A stretch of DNA of 64,000 bases from Octopus bimaculoides (taxonomy: Eukaryota). The position numbers and the translations under genes were made by a program. Location: the NCBI RefSeq assembly GCF_001194135.2, contig NC_068999.1, positions 48,468,594 to 48,532,593 on the forward strand. Direction: 5' to 3'. Below are positions 1-12,925 of the stretch, piece by piece (position 1 is the stretch's first letter; each line of letters opens with the position of its first letter). The notes below the pieces were generated by a model. It saw only the letters and a program-made list of their open reading frames with translations, was not told the origin of the DNA and made no database searches.

Positions 1-1654
1 AGTGTTCAGCTTTTTAAACAAGGACATGATTCCAATGGAAGGAAGGACAATCTGATGCTGAAAGAAGTTACTTGTTCTTCTTGAGGATTGAGACAGATAT
101 AGTTGAAATACATACATACAATTTTAGGTTACATTTTATTTTCCTCAAAACACTTGTTTTCATTGCTGTGCTTTGTACATATCACTAAAATCCAAAAGAC
201 AAAAAAAAAAAAGAAGCTGAGACTTTTCTTGTGGAGTTTGAACATATTGCGATATGGACTAATCACTTTCTCCTAATTTCCTTTTAAATTTTCAGCTGTG
301 TGATTGTCTCACTAGCAACTGAAGACAAACATTTCTGAGACAACTTATACAATGGAAACATTACAGAAAAAGACTGTCTGTAGATTCTTTTTATCCTATT
401 TTGTCATACCCATCCTACCACCATTTCTGCTACCATTTGACAAATACCTTCTGCCCTGAAACCATCTGTATTTTCCCCATTCTCATTTTAACTTACCTCA
501 CATGTAATGATATGTCAGTATTTCTTTCTTCTGATATTCTTAACAAGCAAACCAATCTGTTTGTTAGAAGCCCAGATTTTTGGTTCTCAGTGTTAGTGTT
601 GATAAAGACCTCATACAGTTTTATGGGCATGTATTAATATTTTATGAGAGAAACAAAAAGCAAAAACATGAAATCCCAAATTCTTGTTTTAACCCATTCA
701 AGAGTTGTTGTCCTTCAAAAGTAGTTTCTTCAATGAAAAACTTTTTTTTTGTAATGCACTCAAATTAAATTTTCAGATAGTGACTGAACAGATTTCATCT
801 GAAATCTAATTTGTTTCCCATCTTGCAATCAACCATAAAATACCCTTTGACATTGTTTTCACANNNNNNNNNNNNNNNNNNNNNNNNNNNNNNNNNNNNN
901 NNNNNNNNNNNNNNNNNNNNNNNNNNNNNNNNNNNNNNNNNNNNNNNNNNNNNNNNNNNNNNNNNNNNNNNNNNNNNNNNNNNNNNNNNNNNNNNNNNNN
1001 NNNNNNNNNNNNNNNNNNNNNNNNNNNNNNNNNNNNNNNNNNNNNNNNNNNNNNNNNNNNNNNNNNNNNNNNNNNNNNNNNNNNNNNNNNNNNNNNNNNN
1101 NNNNNNNNNNNNNNNNNNNNNNNNNNNNNNNNNNNNNNNNNNNNNNNNNNNNNNNNNNNNNNNNNNNNNNNNNNNNNNNNNNNNNNNNNNNNNNNNNNNN
1201 NNNNNNNNNNNNNNNNNNNNNNNNNNNNNNNNNNNNNNNNNNNNNNNNNNNNNNNNNNNNNNNNNNNNNNNNNNNNNNNNNNNNNNNNNNNNNNNNNNNN
1301 NNNNNNNNNNNNNNNNNNNNNNNNNNNNNNNNNNNNNNNNNNNNNNNNNNNNNNNNNNNNNNNNNNNNNNNNNNNNNNNNNNNNNNNNNNNNNNNNNNNN
1401 NNNNNNNNNNNNNNNNNNNNNNNNNNNNNNNNNNNNNNNNNNNNNNNNNNNNNNNNNNNNNNNNNNNNNNNNNNNNNNNNNNNNNNNNNNNNNNNNNNNN
1501 NNNNNNNNNNNNNNNNNNNNNNNNNNNNNNNNNNNNNNNNNNNNNNNNNNNNNNNNNNNNNNNNNNNNNNNNNNNNNNNNNNNNNNNNNNNNNNNNNNNN
1601 NNNNNNNNNNNNNNNNNNNNNNNNNNNNNNNNTATATATATAAATGTGTGTATG

Positions 1655-1690
<36 letters not shown>

Positions 1691-3936
1691 TATATATTAT
1701 ATATATATATATATATGTATATTATTTCCTGTGTATGATTTGTGTTTGAGAAGGCGTTCTGACAACTTTAAGACCAGGGACCAGAAAAGTGAAGCCAAAA
1801 ATAGAAAAAAAATGAAGCAAAACTTTTTGTGGAATTCTACAACCAATGTCTATAAAAGAACAAAAATGAACTGAAATGTTTTCTGTTGCAAGGATTATCA
1901 AAACTCCAAAACATCCCTGTGAGGGAAATGATAGGACAGGAAATTATTTTTTCATTCTGACTCTGTGAAAATGCCAGGTAATAAAATGTGACGATTCATC
2001 ATATAGAATTTAAATTTGCTTCTTGTTGATTTATTTTTGTTTTTTATTTAATTACTTGATTTAAGAACAAAAGAAAAATTTCTTTTAATGGTTTGGTTTG
2101 ATACAGGAATGTGTCTGTAGCTTTTTCAAGACCTGTGAGATTGATGTGTTTGATGTTCTTGAATTACTGCAAGAAAGACATGGAAAGAGCAAGCAGGGAA
2201 TTCCAGAGGGATGGGATTCAACAGAGCAAAGATTGGTTATTGTGGTTAGTGTAGGGTATGCAGATAGGAGACAGTATGTAATGAGATGAGTGGAGTTTGG
2301 TTGTGAAACAAATATGATAGTACTAAAGCTATCTGGTTTATTCAATGTTCTTGTTATTTGTGGAGGCACGTGGCTTAGTGGTTGCGGTATTGGACTCACA
2401 ACTGTAGGATTGTGGTTTAGATCCCTGGACCGGGTGATCCATTGTGTTTTTGAGCAAAACACTTAATTTCATGTTGCTCCAGCCCACTCGGCTGTAGAAA
2501 TGAGTTTAGCCTGGAGAGGGATGGACTCTGCCAAGCTTTCTCGCCCAAGATACACTGCATGGCTGCATTGCCCCAATGACCCTTAAGGGGTAAGGGACTT
2601 GTCATTGTCTTTGTTATTTAGCCTAGTGCTTTTCATAGTAGGGATAAGGCTGTGAGAATAAAGAAAAGGGGCAGAAAAATTTGCTGTGTCTAACAAAATA
2701 AAGACTTCTCTAACATGATGGCAAAGAATTATATGGAAGCCAAACTTTATTTGTTTTCTCATTAACAAAAGACTTTGGAGTGATTTGGTAGATGGAAACA
2801 AGATACGCACATGGGGTGCATGTCTCTTTGTTTTGACATTGTGCACTAGTTGTAAATGAGTATCTTCATGCAAACTGTCATTTGTTTTCAATTCAATGTT
2901 CTGTGAAAGCATGTCTGGCCATGGGGAAATATTACCTTGTTTGGAAACAGATGAGGGTTGACAATATGAAGGGCATCTGACCGTAGAATATCTGTCTCAA
3001 CAAATTCCACCTGACCCATGGAAGCATGAAGAAGTGGGCCTTAAAACGATGATGATGATAGTGACTATGTTGATGGGGGTAAAAAATTTCACTAATGCAC
3101 ACACACACACACACACGTGCACACTTTTTGGTGGAGGTTGCTGGTGTTTTATCCTTGTGAAAACTATTAGTTTTAGCTCCAAGTAATCCCTGCTTGAGGA
3201 AACATATACACATACTGAAGACAGAATGAGAAAAAAAAAAAAGACATAAGTACAAACAGTGTAGTAAACAAACATATAGACATATGCACACACAAAGATA
3301 CAGATGCAATTGCATGTGCAGATAGAGACATACCACTGAAAGACAAAATGGAATAAGCAGAACAAGAAGAGATACTTGGGATAGAGAGTTGGTGAAGAGG
3401 TCACAGGGTGTGTGACAAAAGAACTTTGACAAAGAAACTAAAATAATCTGACCAGTTTGAACATAAAACAGGTATTTTGGCTGTGTGTGTTAGTAGGGTA
3501 TTTATGGGAAAGCTTAGTTATTTTTTAATCAATCCTGTTTATTTTATATCACAATTGGTATAAAGTAATGTCATTGGTTATATGGGGGTCAATTACTGCT
3601 TCACTGCATTTCTGACAAGGAAGTGTCTGGAACTAGCAATGGAACAAATATCACGAGCGACTTCGTTTGTTAAGCACCTCTTTTCTCAATTATGTTTATA
3701 GCCTTTGGATAAAAGATGCGCATACACACAAGAACTGACTCAAGGGTGAGGGCCACTCTTTAGTCCAACTCATATATCACTTCTCTTGTGAACTAGAACA
3801 CTTTGTAAAATGATTGGTGATAGGAAGGGTATCCAGCAGTAGAAACCATGTCAAAATGGAATCTGGATTCAGTGAGTTACATTATTGGCTCCCCAGCTTA
3901 GGAGACACAGTACCTGTGACTATAAGCTACTCCCGT

Positions 3937-4300
3937 GGAGGCGCAATGGCCCAGTGGTTAGGGCAGCGGACTCGCGGTTTCGATTCCCAGACCGGGCGTT
4001 GTGAGTGTTTATTGAGCGAAAACACCTAAAGCTCCACGAGGCTCCGGCAGGGGATGGTGACGAACCCTGCTGTACTCTTTCACCACAACTTTCTCTCACT
4101 CTTACTTCCTGTTTCTGTTGTGCCTGTAATTCAAAGGGTCAGCCTTGTCACGCTGAATATCCCCGAGAACTACGTTAAGGGTACACGTGTCTGTGGAGTG
4201 CTCAGCCACTTGCATGTTAATTTCACGAGCAGGCTGTTCCGTTGATCGGATCAACTGGAACCCCCGAGTCGTAAGCGACGGAGTGCCAACCAACCAACCA
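3937..4300 (+). mobile_element. tRNA-derived SINE, family A
   Basis: A box TGGCCCAGTGG and B-box-like GGTTTCGATTCC. Near-identical to the copy at 8385-8749, with a (CAAC)n-like tail. Confidence 0.85.
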
Positions 4301-4879
4301 CCAAACTATTCCTGGATAAAAGAGCTTCTTTAGCCCTCCTAGATGGGGACAACATCTCTCGTTGACTCAACAAAATACATTCAGTTCACAGTACAAAAGT
4401 CGGCTGGGTTATTTTGCTGTAGCTTTGCATGCTACAAAATACAGAGCATGAAGACCCACTAATCCATGGTAGCACAGAAAAACGATATGAAATGATGCTG
4501 AAGACGGCAACGCCACAATTTTCTTGGATCAAATTTTCATAAGAAAACAATGTCTAAGATAACGCGTAGTGGGATCGAACCTGGAACCACGTGGGTGTGC
4601 ACCAATTCCCAAATAACGGGTGAAAGACAATGTCGAGCCCGGTGGATTTTAACTCAGTCTATAAGAGAACGAAATTAAATGCCGTGCAGCATTTCTTCAC
4701 TGCTGATACTGCCATAAGAATGCTGATAATCAGATATAGTAAAAAATATATTTAGCTGTGCGACAACTTCTTTCTTTTATCAAATATCAAGCTCGCCTGT
4801 GAAACCCACTTGACAATAGCACGTAGAACAAAATTAATAAGGAAGTAAATTTTGTAGAACACCGGTTAGCTCAATCTTA

Positions 4880-5025
4880 ATGGCAAGTGGAAGAATTGTT
4901 GATTATTCGGGAAGTTCAGATTCTGATCTCGATGATGAGGAAGAAAGTAAGGAGAGTTGTTTAAAACGAAAATTACCATGTAGTGCAACACCTGAAAAAG
5001 AAATGAATAATAAAAGGCGACACAG
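4880..5025 (+). CDS. USB1: U6 snRNA phosphodiesterase 1, exon 1 of 7
   Basis: ATG at 4880 gives MASGRIVDYSGSSDSDLDDEEE..., resembling the 'LVxYSSS-acidic' USB1 N-terminus. It ends CACAG|GTGAG (phase 2) and joins exon 2 in frame. Confidence 0.8.
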
Positions 5026-6282
5026 GTGAGAACGAGTTACACTGCATATGTTTATAAATTGTCCCTCAATATTACACGAGTTGTAGTAAAACGGTGTCGA
5101 TGATAATTTTTCCCTGTTTGAGTGATATCCGTGTAAAGCTATAAACTATCCCTGACAGAATGTCGAGTAACGTTGGGAAATCAGGCTCTGTGAATCGTCC
5201 CGTTGTTTGTCTGGCAAAATCATTTGTACGTGGACGGTGCTTTACATACTGAGTTCAAATACCTGCGAGATCAACTTTACCATTCATCTTTCCGGGGTCA
5301 TTAAATAAGCCTAAGTCAAGAAATAGTTTCAGTATAATAGATTCGGTGATTCTTTCTCTTTCTCTGAATTTCTGGCCTTCTGCCTATGTTAGAAATTATT
5401 GCTTGTATAAGGTTCATAAGGCGGCGAATTGATTGTGAGAGGCAATAGAATACCTTGCAGCATTTGTTCCGGCTTTTTACGCTCTTGAGTCCAAATTTCA
5501 CCGGAGCTAACTTTGTTTTTTGTCTCTTCAGTGTTGATAAATAAAATACCAATCAAGTACTGTAGTTAATACCCCTCCCCCGTCATCTCTCTCTCCCTCT
5601 CGCACACAATGAATCAGGAGGAGCCTAGAAGCAAGCTTCACACTTTTGTTGTACCAATCCCTTTCTGGCCACCCAATAAGTAAGTTGACTACATCGACCC
5701 TTTGCTCAAATGTTACCTGTTTTATCAATTCTGAAAGACTAGACATTTTGTCTGACATGCTAATGACTCTACCAATTTGCTGCCTGCCTTCGTGAAATAA
5801 ATTAAAAGTGAATTTAATAGTTTTTGCATATAATTAAAAGGCCTGCATTGGCTCTTCCACATTGTAACTGCTCCAGTTTCAGCACATGGTCTCAAATCGA
5901 TCCTGGTACTTATTTTTTTAGGCCTGGTACTTTATTCTACTGTTCTCTTTTACTGATCCACTAAGTTATGGGGATGTAAACAAACCAACACCAGTTGTGA
6001 AACAGTGGTAGGGGGTACCAACACATGCACAAAGATACACACTCACAACAGGCTTCTTTCAATTTCCATCTAACAGATCCACTCACAAGATTTTGGTTGG
6101 CCTGAGATTATAATAGGAGGCACTTGCCCAAAGTGCCATGCAGTGGATCTGAACCTGGAACTATGTGGTTGGAAAGCAGACTTCTTACAGCTCAGCCATG
6201 CCTTAGCCTATGTAAGAAAAATATATTTCAATCCAAGTCACTTTTTTTTCTCTTCAATTATGATTGTGGTAAATTATTTCAG

Positions 6283-6428
6283 AGACCCACTTCCATTGCC
6301 AGATGACATTAAAAACATGTTTAAAGAAAAAGAAATCTCTGTTGTTGACAATCCTGATTTTCATGACGGACGCATTCGAAGTTTCCCTCATCTTGCTGGT
6401 AACTGGGCTACTCATGTGTACATTGAAG
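6283..6428 (+). CDS. USB1: USB1 exon 2
   Basis: tttcag acceptor and GAAG|GTAAG donor. Encodes DPLPLPDDIKNMF...HDGRIRSFPHLAGNWATHVYIE, containing the USB1 'H.GR.RSF.H..GNWATHVY' motif. Confidence 0.95.
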
Positions 6429-6468
6429 GTAAGGATATTTATGTAGTTGCTTCTTTAATTTATCATAA

Positions 6469-7120
6469 ATGATAAAGTGTAACATTATTGTAGAAAGGCA
6501 GAAAGAAAGATTCTGTATTGTGACAATAAGCATGAACTGTTTGCAAAGATTTGGTGTCCCAGACACAATAGCATCTGCCAATGGAATGCAATTTGTGTCT
6601 TTTGAGTTTAAAGAGTTTTGTAAAATGTTTGCTGTTGAACATGTGACTATGGTGCCATGCCATCCCAGATCTAATGGATAAGCAGAATACTTTATTGATG
6701 CGTTCAAGAGAGCCCTAAAAAAGTTGAATAAAGAAGTCATGGATGAGGTAGCTCTACAAAAATTCCTAAGAGTATACCAGGTGACACCAAATCCAAACAT
6801 ACCAGCAGGTATGTCACCAGTGGAGCTGATGTTTGCAAGGAAAATAATATCAGTCTTTGACAAATTGCTACCTGGTAAGAAAAGCAAAATTGCAATGGAT
6901 AATACAGCAAGATATTTCAAAATTGGTGAAAATGTATGTTGTTAGGGCATATAAGAATGGAAAACAAAGTTGGAAAGATGGTGTGATTATCAAATGCATA
7001 CAAAAAATGCTATATTTGGTAAAAGAAAGAAAAGGAGTATACAAGAGACACATGAGTCAACTAAAGAAAAGATTCATTGAGAGTGAACCCAAGAGAATGG
7101 AAGAACCAATGGACTTTTAA
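6469..7120 (+). mobile_element. Degenerate Ty3/gypsy LTR-retrotransposon integrase fragment in USB1 intron 2
   Basis: Three broken frames give FGVPDTIAS.NG.QFVS.EFKEFC....VEH....P.HPRSNG*AE..IDAFKRAL...FLRVY..TPN.....SP.ELMF.R, then KRHMSQLKKR. This is the rve core plus C-terminal module, with a stop and a frameshift. Confidence 0.9.
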
Positions 7121-7368
7121 CCTTTAGCACACTTACATGCATCATGGCACCATATGAGTTTTCTCGCCTGTAGCAGCAGATGCATTATGTCACATTGAGA
7201 GGGGAGAAAACTCATACAGCAACATAATGTGTCTACAGCATGCTAAAAGTTAATGATGATGATGATGATGATGACGATTTTTGTTTTTTTTACGCTGTTA
7301 CATTAATAAGTAATTTTTGCTTAGATTTTTCTCAGCTAAATTTTATTACTAATTCTTCTTTTCTCCAG

Positions 7369-7549
7369 TGGAAAGAAACGAACACTTTGCAGAAATACAG
7401 AGACTTCTACTTTTGGAACTGGAGCCATTTGCAGATTTCAAAGCATTCTCTCAGCTTCATATTAGTTTGTCAAAGACAGTGCCAATCCGTCATCATTGGA
7501 TTCAGCCTCTCACCGACAGTCTGTCAGTAAGTCTACAGGATGCTGTCAG
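7369..7549 (+). CDS. USB1: USB1 exon 3 (first catalytic HxS motif)
   Basis: ttctccag acceptor. Encodes ...FSQLHISLSKTVPIRHHWIQPLTDSLSVSLQDAV. The donor AG|GTTTGT at 7550 gives the phase 2 required by exon 4. Confidence 0.92.
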
Positions 7550-8023
7550 GTTTGTACAACTATTTACTTCCGTGCTGAAACTTGTAGAGAAGATCAAAAT
7601 CTTAACCATGTGTAATACAGAAAGCTTATGTATGTATATATCTGTATGTGTGTGTATACGTTTGATCTACCTGGATCGTTGGTTTTAGAACAGACAGAAT
7701 ATAACAACATTGCTATCTTAGCCCAGCGATGTATGCGTGAGGGTTATTGAACGTATGCCTTGGGGTTGTGAATTGGCAGAATCAGTAGAGTGTCAGACAG
7801 AATGCTATTCATTATTTGTTCTTGATCTTTAAGTTCTGAGTTCAAATCCTACCAAGGTCAGTTTTGCCTTTCATCATTTCTGTGTTGATAAAATAAAGTT
7901 ACTGGGTTCAATATAATCTCGTATTCCTCTTACTTCTAATTTATACTTTGTGTCCACTTTAACTTAGTCATATACCATCTAAAAAGGAAGCGATAAAATC
8001 TTTGTTATTTCTTTTTCCTTTAG

Positions 8024-8077
8024 TACATCGTGTGGGTTTTGTGCCATAAAACTTTACACCAATGAAGAAAATACTCG
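8024..8077 (+). CDS. USB1: USB1 exon 4
   Basis: cctttag acceptor and CG|GTAAGT donor. 54 nt encoding TSCGFCAIKLYTNEENTR, matching the family 'YTNxExTR' motif. Confidence 0.9.
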
Positions 8078-8384
8078 GTAAGTTGCTTTTGGTTTTATTT
8101 GAATGAGAACCGTTGGAGACATCTAAAGCATTTACATATCTGAAGTAGTAGAGATATATAGAGATCTATAGTTTATACATAGTTTATAAATGAAGTGAAA
8201 TCCTTATCTCTCACTGGAAGGAAAATGAAGGGAAATAGAATCTTTCTTATTGACAAAATGATACCTCCCCACACCACACACACTAGATACTATATCTGTA
8301 TCAACACACGAGTTCACATTAAGGATCTTGCAAAACAAATACAAAAAATAAATTTAATTATATAGGCGTTATGTTCGATGGAGT

Positions 8385-8749
8385 GGAGGCGCAATGGCCC
8401 AGTGGTTAGGGCAGCGGACTCGCGGTTTCGATTTCCAGACCGGACATTGTGAGTGTTTATTGAGTGAAAACACCTAAAGCTCCACGAGGCTCCTGCAGGG
8501 GGTGGTGGCGAACCCTGCTGTACTTTTTCACCACAACTTTCTCTCACTCTTACTTCCTGTTTCTGCTGTGCCTGTATTTCAAAGGGTCAGCCTTGTCACA
8601 CTGTGTCACGCTGAATATCCCCGAGAACCACGTTAAGGGTACACGTGTCTGTGGAGTGCTCAGCCACTTGCACGTTAATTTCACGAGCAGGCTGTTCCGT
8701 TGATCGGATCAACTGGAACCCTCGACGTCGTAAGCGACGGAGTGCCAAC
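8385..8749 (+). mobile_element. tRNA-derived SINE, family A, with perfect 14-bp target-site duplication
   Basis: ATGTTCGATGGAGT at 8371-8384 and 8750-8763 brackets the element. It lies in USB1 intron 4. Confidence 0.9.
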
Positions 8750-9396
8750 ATGTTCGATGGAGTTGTCTCCCATGTATTTCCTGACTTTGATGGGACTTGG
8801 CTGTTGTTTCGTCCTTTATTATCTTCCTTGGGCAGATCTAAGACGTTCCAGCCTCGACCATCCTATAATTTTCCCAAATTTATTTATATTCAGGACTATA
8901 TTATTCAATCTCCCCGCTTTTTAAAACGGCAGAGTGTGATGTGAGAAAAAAAAAAAAACAACAACTTACTGCTATTTCTAGCAGATCGAAGTTTGGCATA
9001 CAAAGTAATCCAACGCAATTTAAACGTAGAAAAGCTATTATCTGTGTTATGACTCGCTGTTATTGTTTTTGTTGGATCTCAGGTTATCTGTTAAGCAGTG
9101 AACCAGAATCAAAAGCCTTCAGTCCGTGACAGCAGTCAGAAGATTTTTTTCCTCTTTTTTTTTTCTATTAAGACAAGGTATATTGGGGGACAATGCGATT
9201 AATTACGTCCTTTCTTTCAAAAGCTCGGAGGATGTGATTTTGGAGAGATTTGACTGCTATCTCTAGAAGCTCTAGTAACCACATAAAGACTCCTTTATTG
9301 ACTGCGGTTAGATATTTTTGGTTTGTTTGTGGGTCTAGAAACTGATATGATTGATTGTTTTGTTTTTTTTACTATGCTACTATTATTCTTTTACAG

Positions 9397-9502
9397 ATCC
9401 TTTCTTTCTTTGCAAGTGACCAGTTCAACAGCTACGTTATTTGACTATATAACCTATGTGGATAAAGCATTTAAAGATTTTAATCTACCTCCATTTTATT
9501 CA
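9397..9502 (+). CDS. USB1: USB1 exon 5
   Basis: ttttacag acceptor and TCA|GTAAGT donor. 106 nt encoding SFLSLQV...VDKAFKDFNLPPFYS. Confidence 0.93.
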
Positions 9503-9892
9503 GTAAGTCAAACTATTTTCATCTTTTAAGAAAAGTGAAATAAACTTATCTGCCAGAACTTAAAATTAAGTTAATCTTGTATTAAAGTACATCACCACCA
9601 TCTCTGCTGCCACCACCGCCTTCTCAACATCTACTGTCCATGCGTGCATGGGTCTGATAGAATCCTTTGAGGTAGATTTTTCTATGGCTGGATGCCCTTC
9701 CTGTTGTCCAAGCAAGGTAATATTTCTCTTTGGCTGGACATGCTTTCATAAAAGATTGGAAATGGAGTTAACTGCTTCTGTAATGGTGGCACTTGCTTTA
9801 CAATTAATATGCAATGTCAAGATAAAATGATATACACATATATCTGACACATATCCTGCATTTTTCTTTGTGCTGGTATTGTTTAGGTTGGT

Positions 9893-10058
9893 AATGTTTA
9901 ATGGTCTGATTATGTTTAGTAAGGGAATGTTTTAATAGGCTGATAATGTTTAGTATGAAAATGTTTTAATGGCCTAATAATGTTCAGTATGCCAATGTTT
10001 AATGATCTGATAATGATTAGTACGGTAATATTTAATAGTCTGATAAGGTTTATTGTAG
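9893..10058 (+). repeat. 33-34-bp degenerate tandem repeat, ~5 copies
   Basis: Unit approximately AATGTTTAATGGTCTGATAATGTTTAGTATGGT, in USB1 intron 5. Confidence 0.8.
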
Positions 10059-10171
10059 AGCTTTGGAGCTGTAAAGCTTATTATTGAAATTTATTCCATT
10101 GTTAGAAATGTTCAAAAGTCTCAGTTATAGATTTTCATGAATAAATAAATTCAAATGTCTTGTATTTTTAG

Positions 10172-10255
10172 GACCCATCCTTCCATGTGAGTATTGCCTG
10201 GTCTTTAGGGGATGTTATAAATGCCATACCAGAAGAAATCATGCAGAATTTACAG
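10172..10255 (+). CDS. USB1: USB1 exon 6 (second catalytic HxS motif)
   Basis: tttttag acceptor and CAG|GTAAT donor. 84 nt encoding DPSFHVSIAWSLGD... Confidence 0.94.
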
Positions 10256-10521
10256 GTAATTTTCATATCAGAATATTACCATGCTATTGTTATAGAGTTT
10301 TATTCTTGCCATAGTTTTTGTTTTCATGTTCTACTCAAAGTCCGCCTTAGTCAAACAAATCTTTGATCAAAGACATTCTAGCTGTGATCATTCCATTGTT
10401 TAAGGCTGTGTAGGACTACTGTATCTAATGCATCTTGATAGTATCTGATTTGAGGGAAATTTGGTTACTATTCCTAGCAGCCAAATAAATCTCCTTTAAA
10501 GCACACACACACACACACACA

Positions 10522-10572
<51 letters not shown>

Positions 10573-11007
10573 AATTTTCCTCACTGTCTCCAAATTTCAT
10601 CCACAAGGCTTTGGTTGATTCAAAGCTATGGTAAGCAACACTTCCCCAAAGTGCTGCACAATCAGTGAGATTGAACTCAACATTATTTTGCTGCAAAATG
10701 CAATCATCAACCAACACTGTCATGCCAGTACTTATTTATGTAACAAGGTTTATGTTTACACTACAAAATATAGCAACATTTTTGCTTTGAGAGTTAAGGT
10801 GACTGTCTTACAAAACTTTATATATGACTTCATCATCATCGTAATTGTCATCCTTTAATGATTGTCTTTCATGCTGACATGGGGTTAGATGGTTTGACAG
10901 GTTCTAACAAGCTAGAGAACTGCACTAAGCCCCAATGTCTGTCTTGGCATAGTTTCTACAGCTGGATGCCCTTCCTAATGCCAACCACTTTACAGAGTGT
11001 ACTGGGT

Positions 11008-11162
11008 ACTTTTACTTGGCATTGCACAGTCACTTTTATGTGGCACTGCACAGGGGCTTTTATGCGGCACTGCACGGGCGCTTTTACTTGGCGTTGCACA
11101 AGCGCTTTTATGTGGCACTGCATGGGCACTTTTATGTGACACTGTATGGGCGCTTTTATGTG
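11008..11162 (+). repeat. 24-bp minisatellite, ~6.5 copies
   Basis: Consensus GCTTTTATGTGGCACTGCACGGGC, with units starting at 11008, 11032, 11056, 11080, 11104, 11128 and 11152. Confidence 0.9.
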
Positions 11163-11457
11163 TTGCCAATGCTTTCAAATTTTGGCACAAGGCCAGCAAT
11201 TTCAGGGGAGGGGATAAGTTGATTACATCAATCCCAGTAGTTGACTGGTACTTATTTTATCAACTCCAAAAGAATGAAAGACAAAGTCAACCCTAGCAGC
11301 ATTTGAACTCAGACCATAAAGTTGGAAGAAGTATAGCCAAGCATTCTCTCCGGTGTGGCTAACGATTTTGCCAGCTTGCCTCTTTATGGTTCATCCCTAA
11401 TAAACTTATAAACAATCAAAATTAATTTTCCTTTCTCTTTCTCTTTCTTTTTTCAAG

Positions 11458-11580
11458 AATCACTTGGACAATTACCTTTGTGAACATATCAACAGTTTTG
11501 TCATCTCCATCACAGAAATACATTGTCAAATTGGAAACAAACATTTCACATTTCCTCTAAAATCAAAGAAAAGATACTGA
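11458..11580 (+). CDS. USB1: USB1 exon 7 (terminal)
   Basis: Long polypyrimidine tract ending ttcaag. Encodes NHLD...IHCQIGNKHFTFPLKSKKRY*, with AATAAA at 11645. The spliced CDS is 840 nt (279 aa) with no internal stop. Confidence 0.88.
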   Translation, partial: NHLDNYLCEHINSFVISITEIHCQIGNKHFTFPLKSKKRY

Positions 11581-12331
11581 AATAATTTCATTGATATGAA
11601 AATACTGTTTGTTTTTTTTTATATCTCTTTATTTTCATTGATATAATAAATTATTTTCATAATAATTTTCATGTCTTCTTCTTGGAGAATACATTTTGGA
11701 TTTTAGGAGTTTTTGTATTTTTGTGTTGCTTTAGACATTCTTTTACTTGTTTTATTTAATTTTTGAGGTATATAAGTGTAGGGTTTGGTTGTGTGGCTAA
11801 GAAGCTTGTTTCCCAGCCATATGGTTTCAGGTTCAGTCCCACTGTGTAGCACTTTAGGTATTTTTTACTAATTGCTCTTGTAAGTGGATTTGGAAGATGG
11901 AAACTGAAAGAAGCTCATCATGTATATGTATGTGTGTGTAGGAGGTGCATGTGCTTGTTGGTTAAAATGGTTTTCTTCCATGATGTAATTGTTCGAAGTA
12001 AAGTTAATCGGAAAAATAAACGAAGGAAATACAGACGAAAAATAAGAAAGAAAGGAAAAAAAGAAACTAGGTTTAAAATCTTTAATTTTTGTTAAAATAA
12101 TCTTGTAAATAATATAATCATTAATCATAACAATTGTAGTAGTAGTAGTAGTGGTAGTCGTAGAAGATTCCACAGAGCATTGTGTAAATGAAGAGATAAA
12201 GAATATATATGAATATATATATATATCAGGAAAATTAGACATCTTTTATATCATCCAAATGAGCAAATTATGTTATGAATCCTGATTTAAGAAAACTCTC
12301 CATTCACCAAGGTTAAAGACTGAAACAAGAA

Positions 12332-12492
12332 TTAGTTCATAAGACATGATTCATATGTTGGTATCATGTACTTGATGTTGATGAAAGCGTCTTCTCCACC
12401 ATGACGTTCAAAGAGCTCTAAAGTTTCCTGAATCAAGTCTCCAACATTCATTCGTTTCTGTTGGCTGTAGTCTATTTCATCACCAATATTTA
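12332..12492 (-). CDS. PACRG: Parkin coregulated gene protein, exon 5 of 5 (terminal)
   Basis: Encodes [52 protein letters not shown], the PACRG C-terminus. AG acceptor at 12494-12493. Confidence 0.96.
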
Positions 12493-12705
12493 CTAAAAAT
12501 AACAAAAAGAACAAAACAGCATTTGGTTAAAAAACGATAAATTGTTTCTGATGAAGGCACATGACTATTTAAAACAATATTTAGATGACATTTTTTTTTT
12601 ATAAACAAACTTTGGAAGTGTTGAATGTATTTGGTATTTTACAGACAACAAAGTAAATTTCAAATGCAGTAAAGTTGTGAAAACAGCAGAAAAATTGGGT
12701 ATTTC

Positions 12706-12925
12706 ATCATCATTTAACGTCTGCTTTCCATGCTAGCATGGGATGGACGATTTGACTGAGGACTGGTGAGCCAGATGGCTGCACCAAACTCCAATCTGAT
12801 TTGGCAGAGTTTCTACAGCTGGATGCTCTTCCTAACGCCAACCACTCTGAGAGTGTAATAAGTGCTTTTATATGCCATGGCACGAGGGCCAGTCAGGCGG
12901 TAATGGCAACGGCCATGCTGAAAAT
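12706..12925 (+). repeat. Dispersed retroelement-like family E ((CAT)n-TTTAACGTC.GCTTTCCATGCT...CAGCTGGATGCCCTTCCTAACGCCAACCAC)
   Basis: Copies at about 10830 and 44850 (+) and 14200-14460, 14960-15130, 19380-19625 and 20400-20676 (-). The (ATG)n end suggests a retroposon 3' tail. Confidence 0.75.

Noticed and set aside
795-1749. Long ORFs spanning N runs (also at ~20.2-21.3, 26.1-26.8, 36.5-38.8, 39.5-40.2, 47.2-47.7, 54.7-55.8 and 62.0-63.0 kb)
   Set aside because: Artefacts of assembly gaps plus flanking microsatellites; they carry no information.
1-3900. Short ORFs at the window start
   Set aside because: No recognisable domain or consistent exon chain; mostly repeat-derived.
7527-7532. 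GTAAGT at 7527 as the USB1 exon 3 donor
   Set aside because: Phase 0 puts exon 4 into a frame with a stop; the donor at 7550 restores the conserved frame. It could still be a minor unproductive site.
9893-11162. Tandem arrays as possible CRISPR arrays
   Set aside because: The units are contiguous with no unique spacers, there are no cas genes, and the context is eukaryotic introns.
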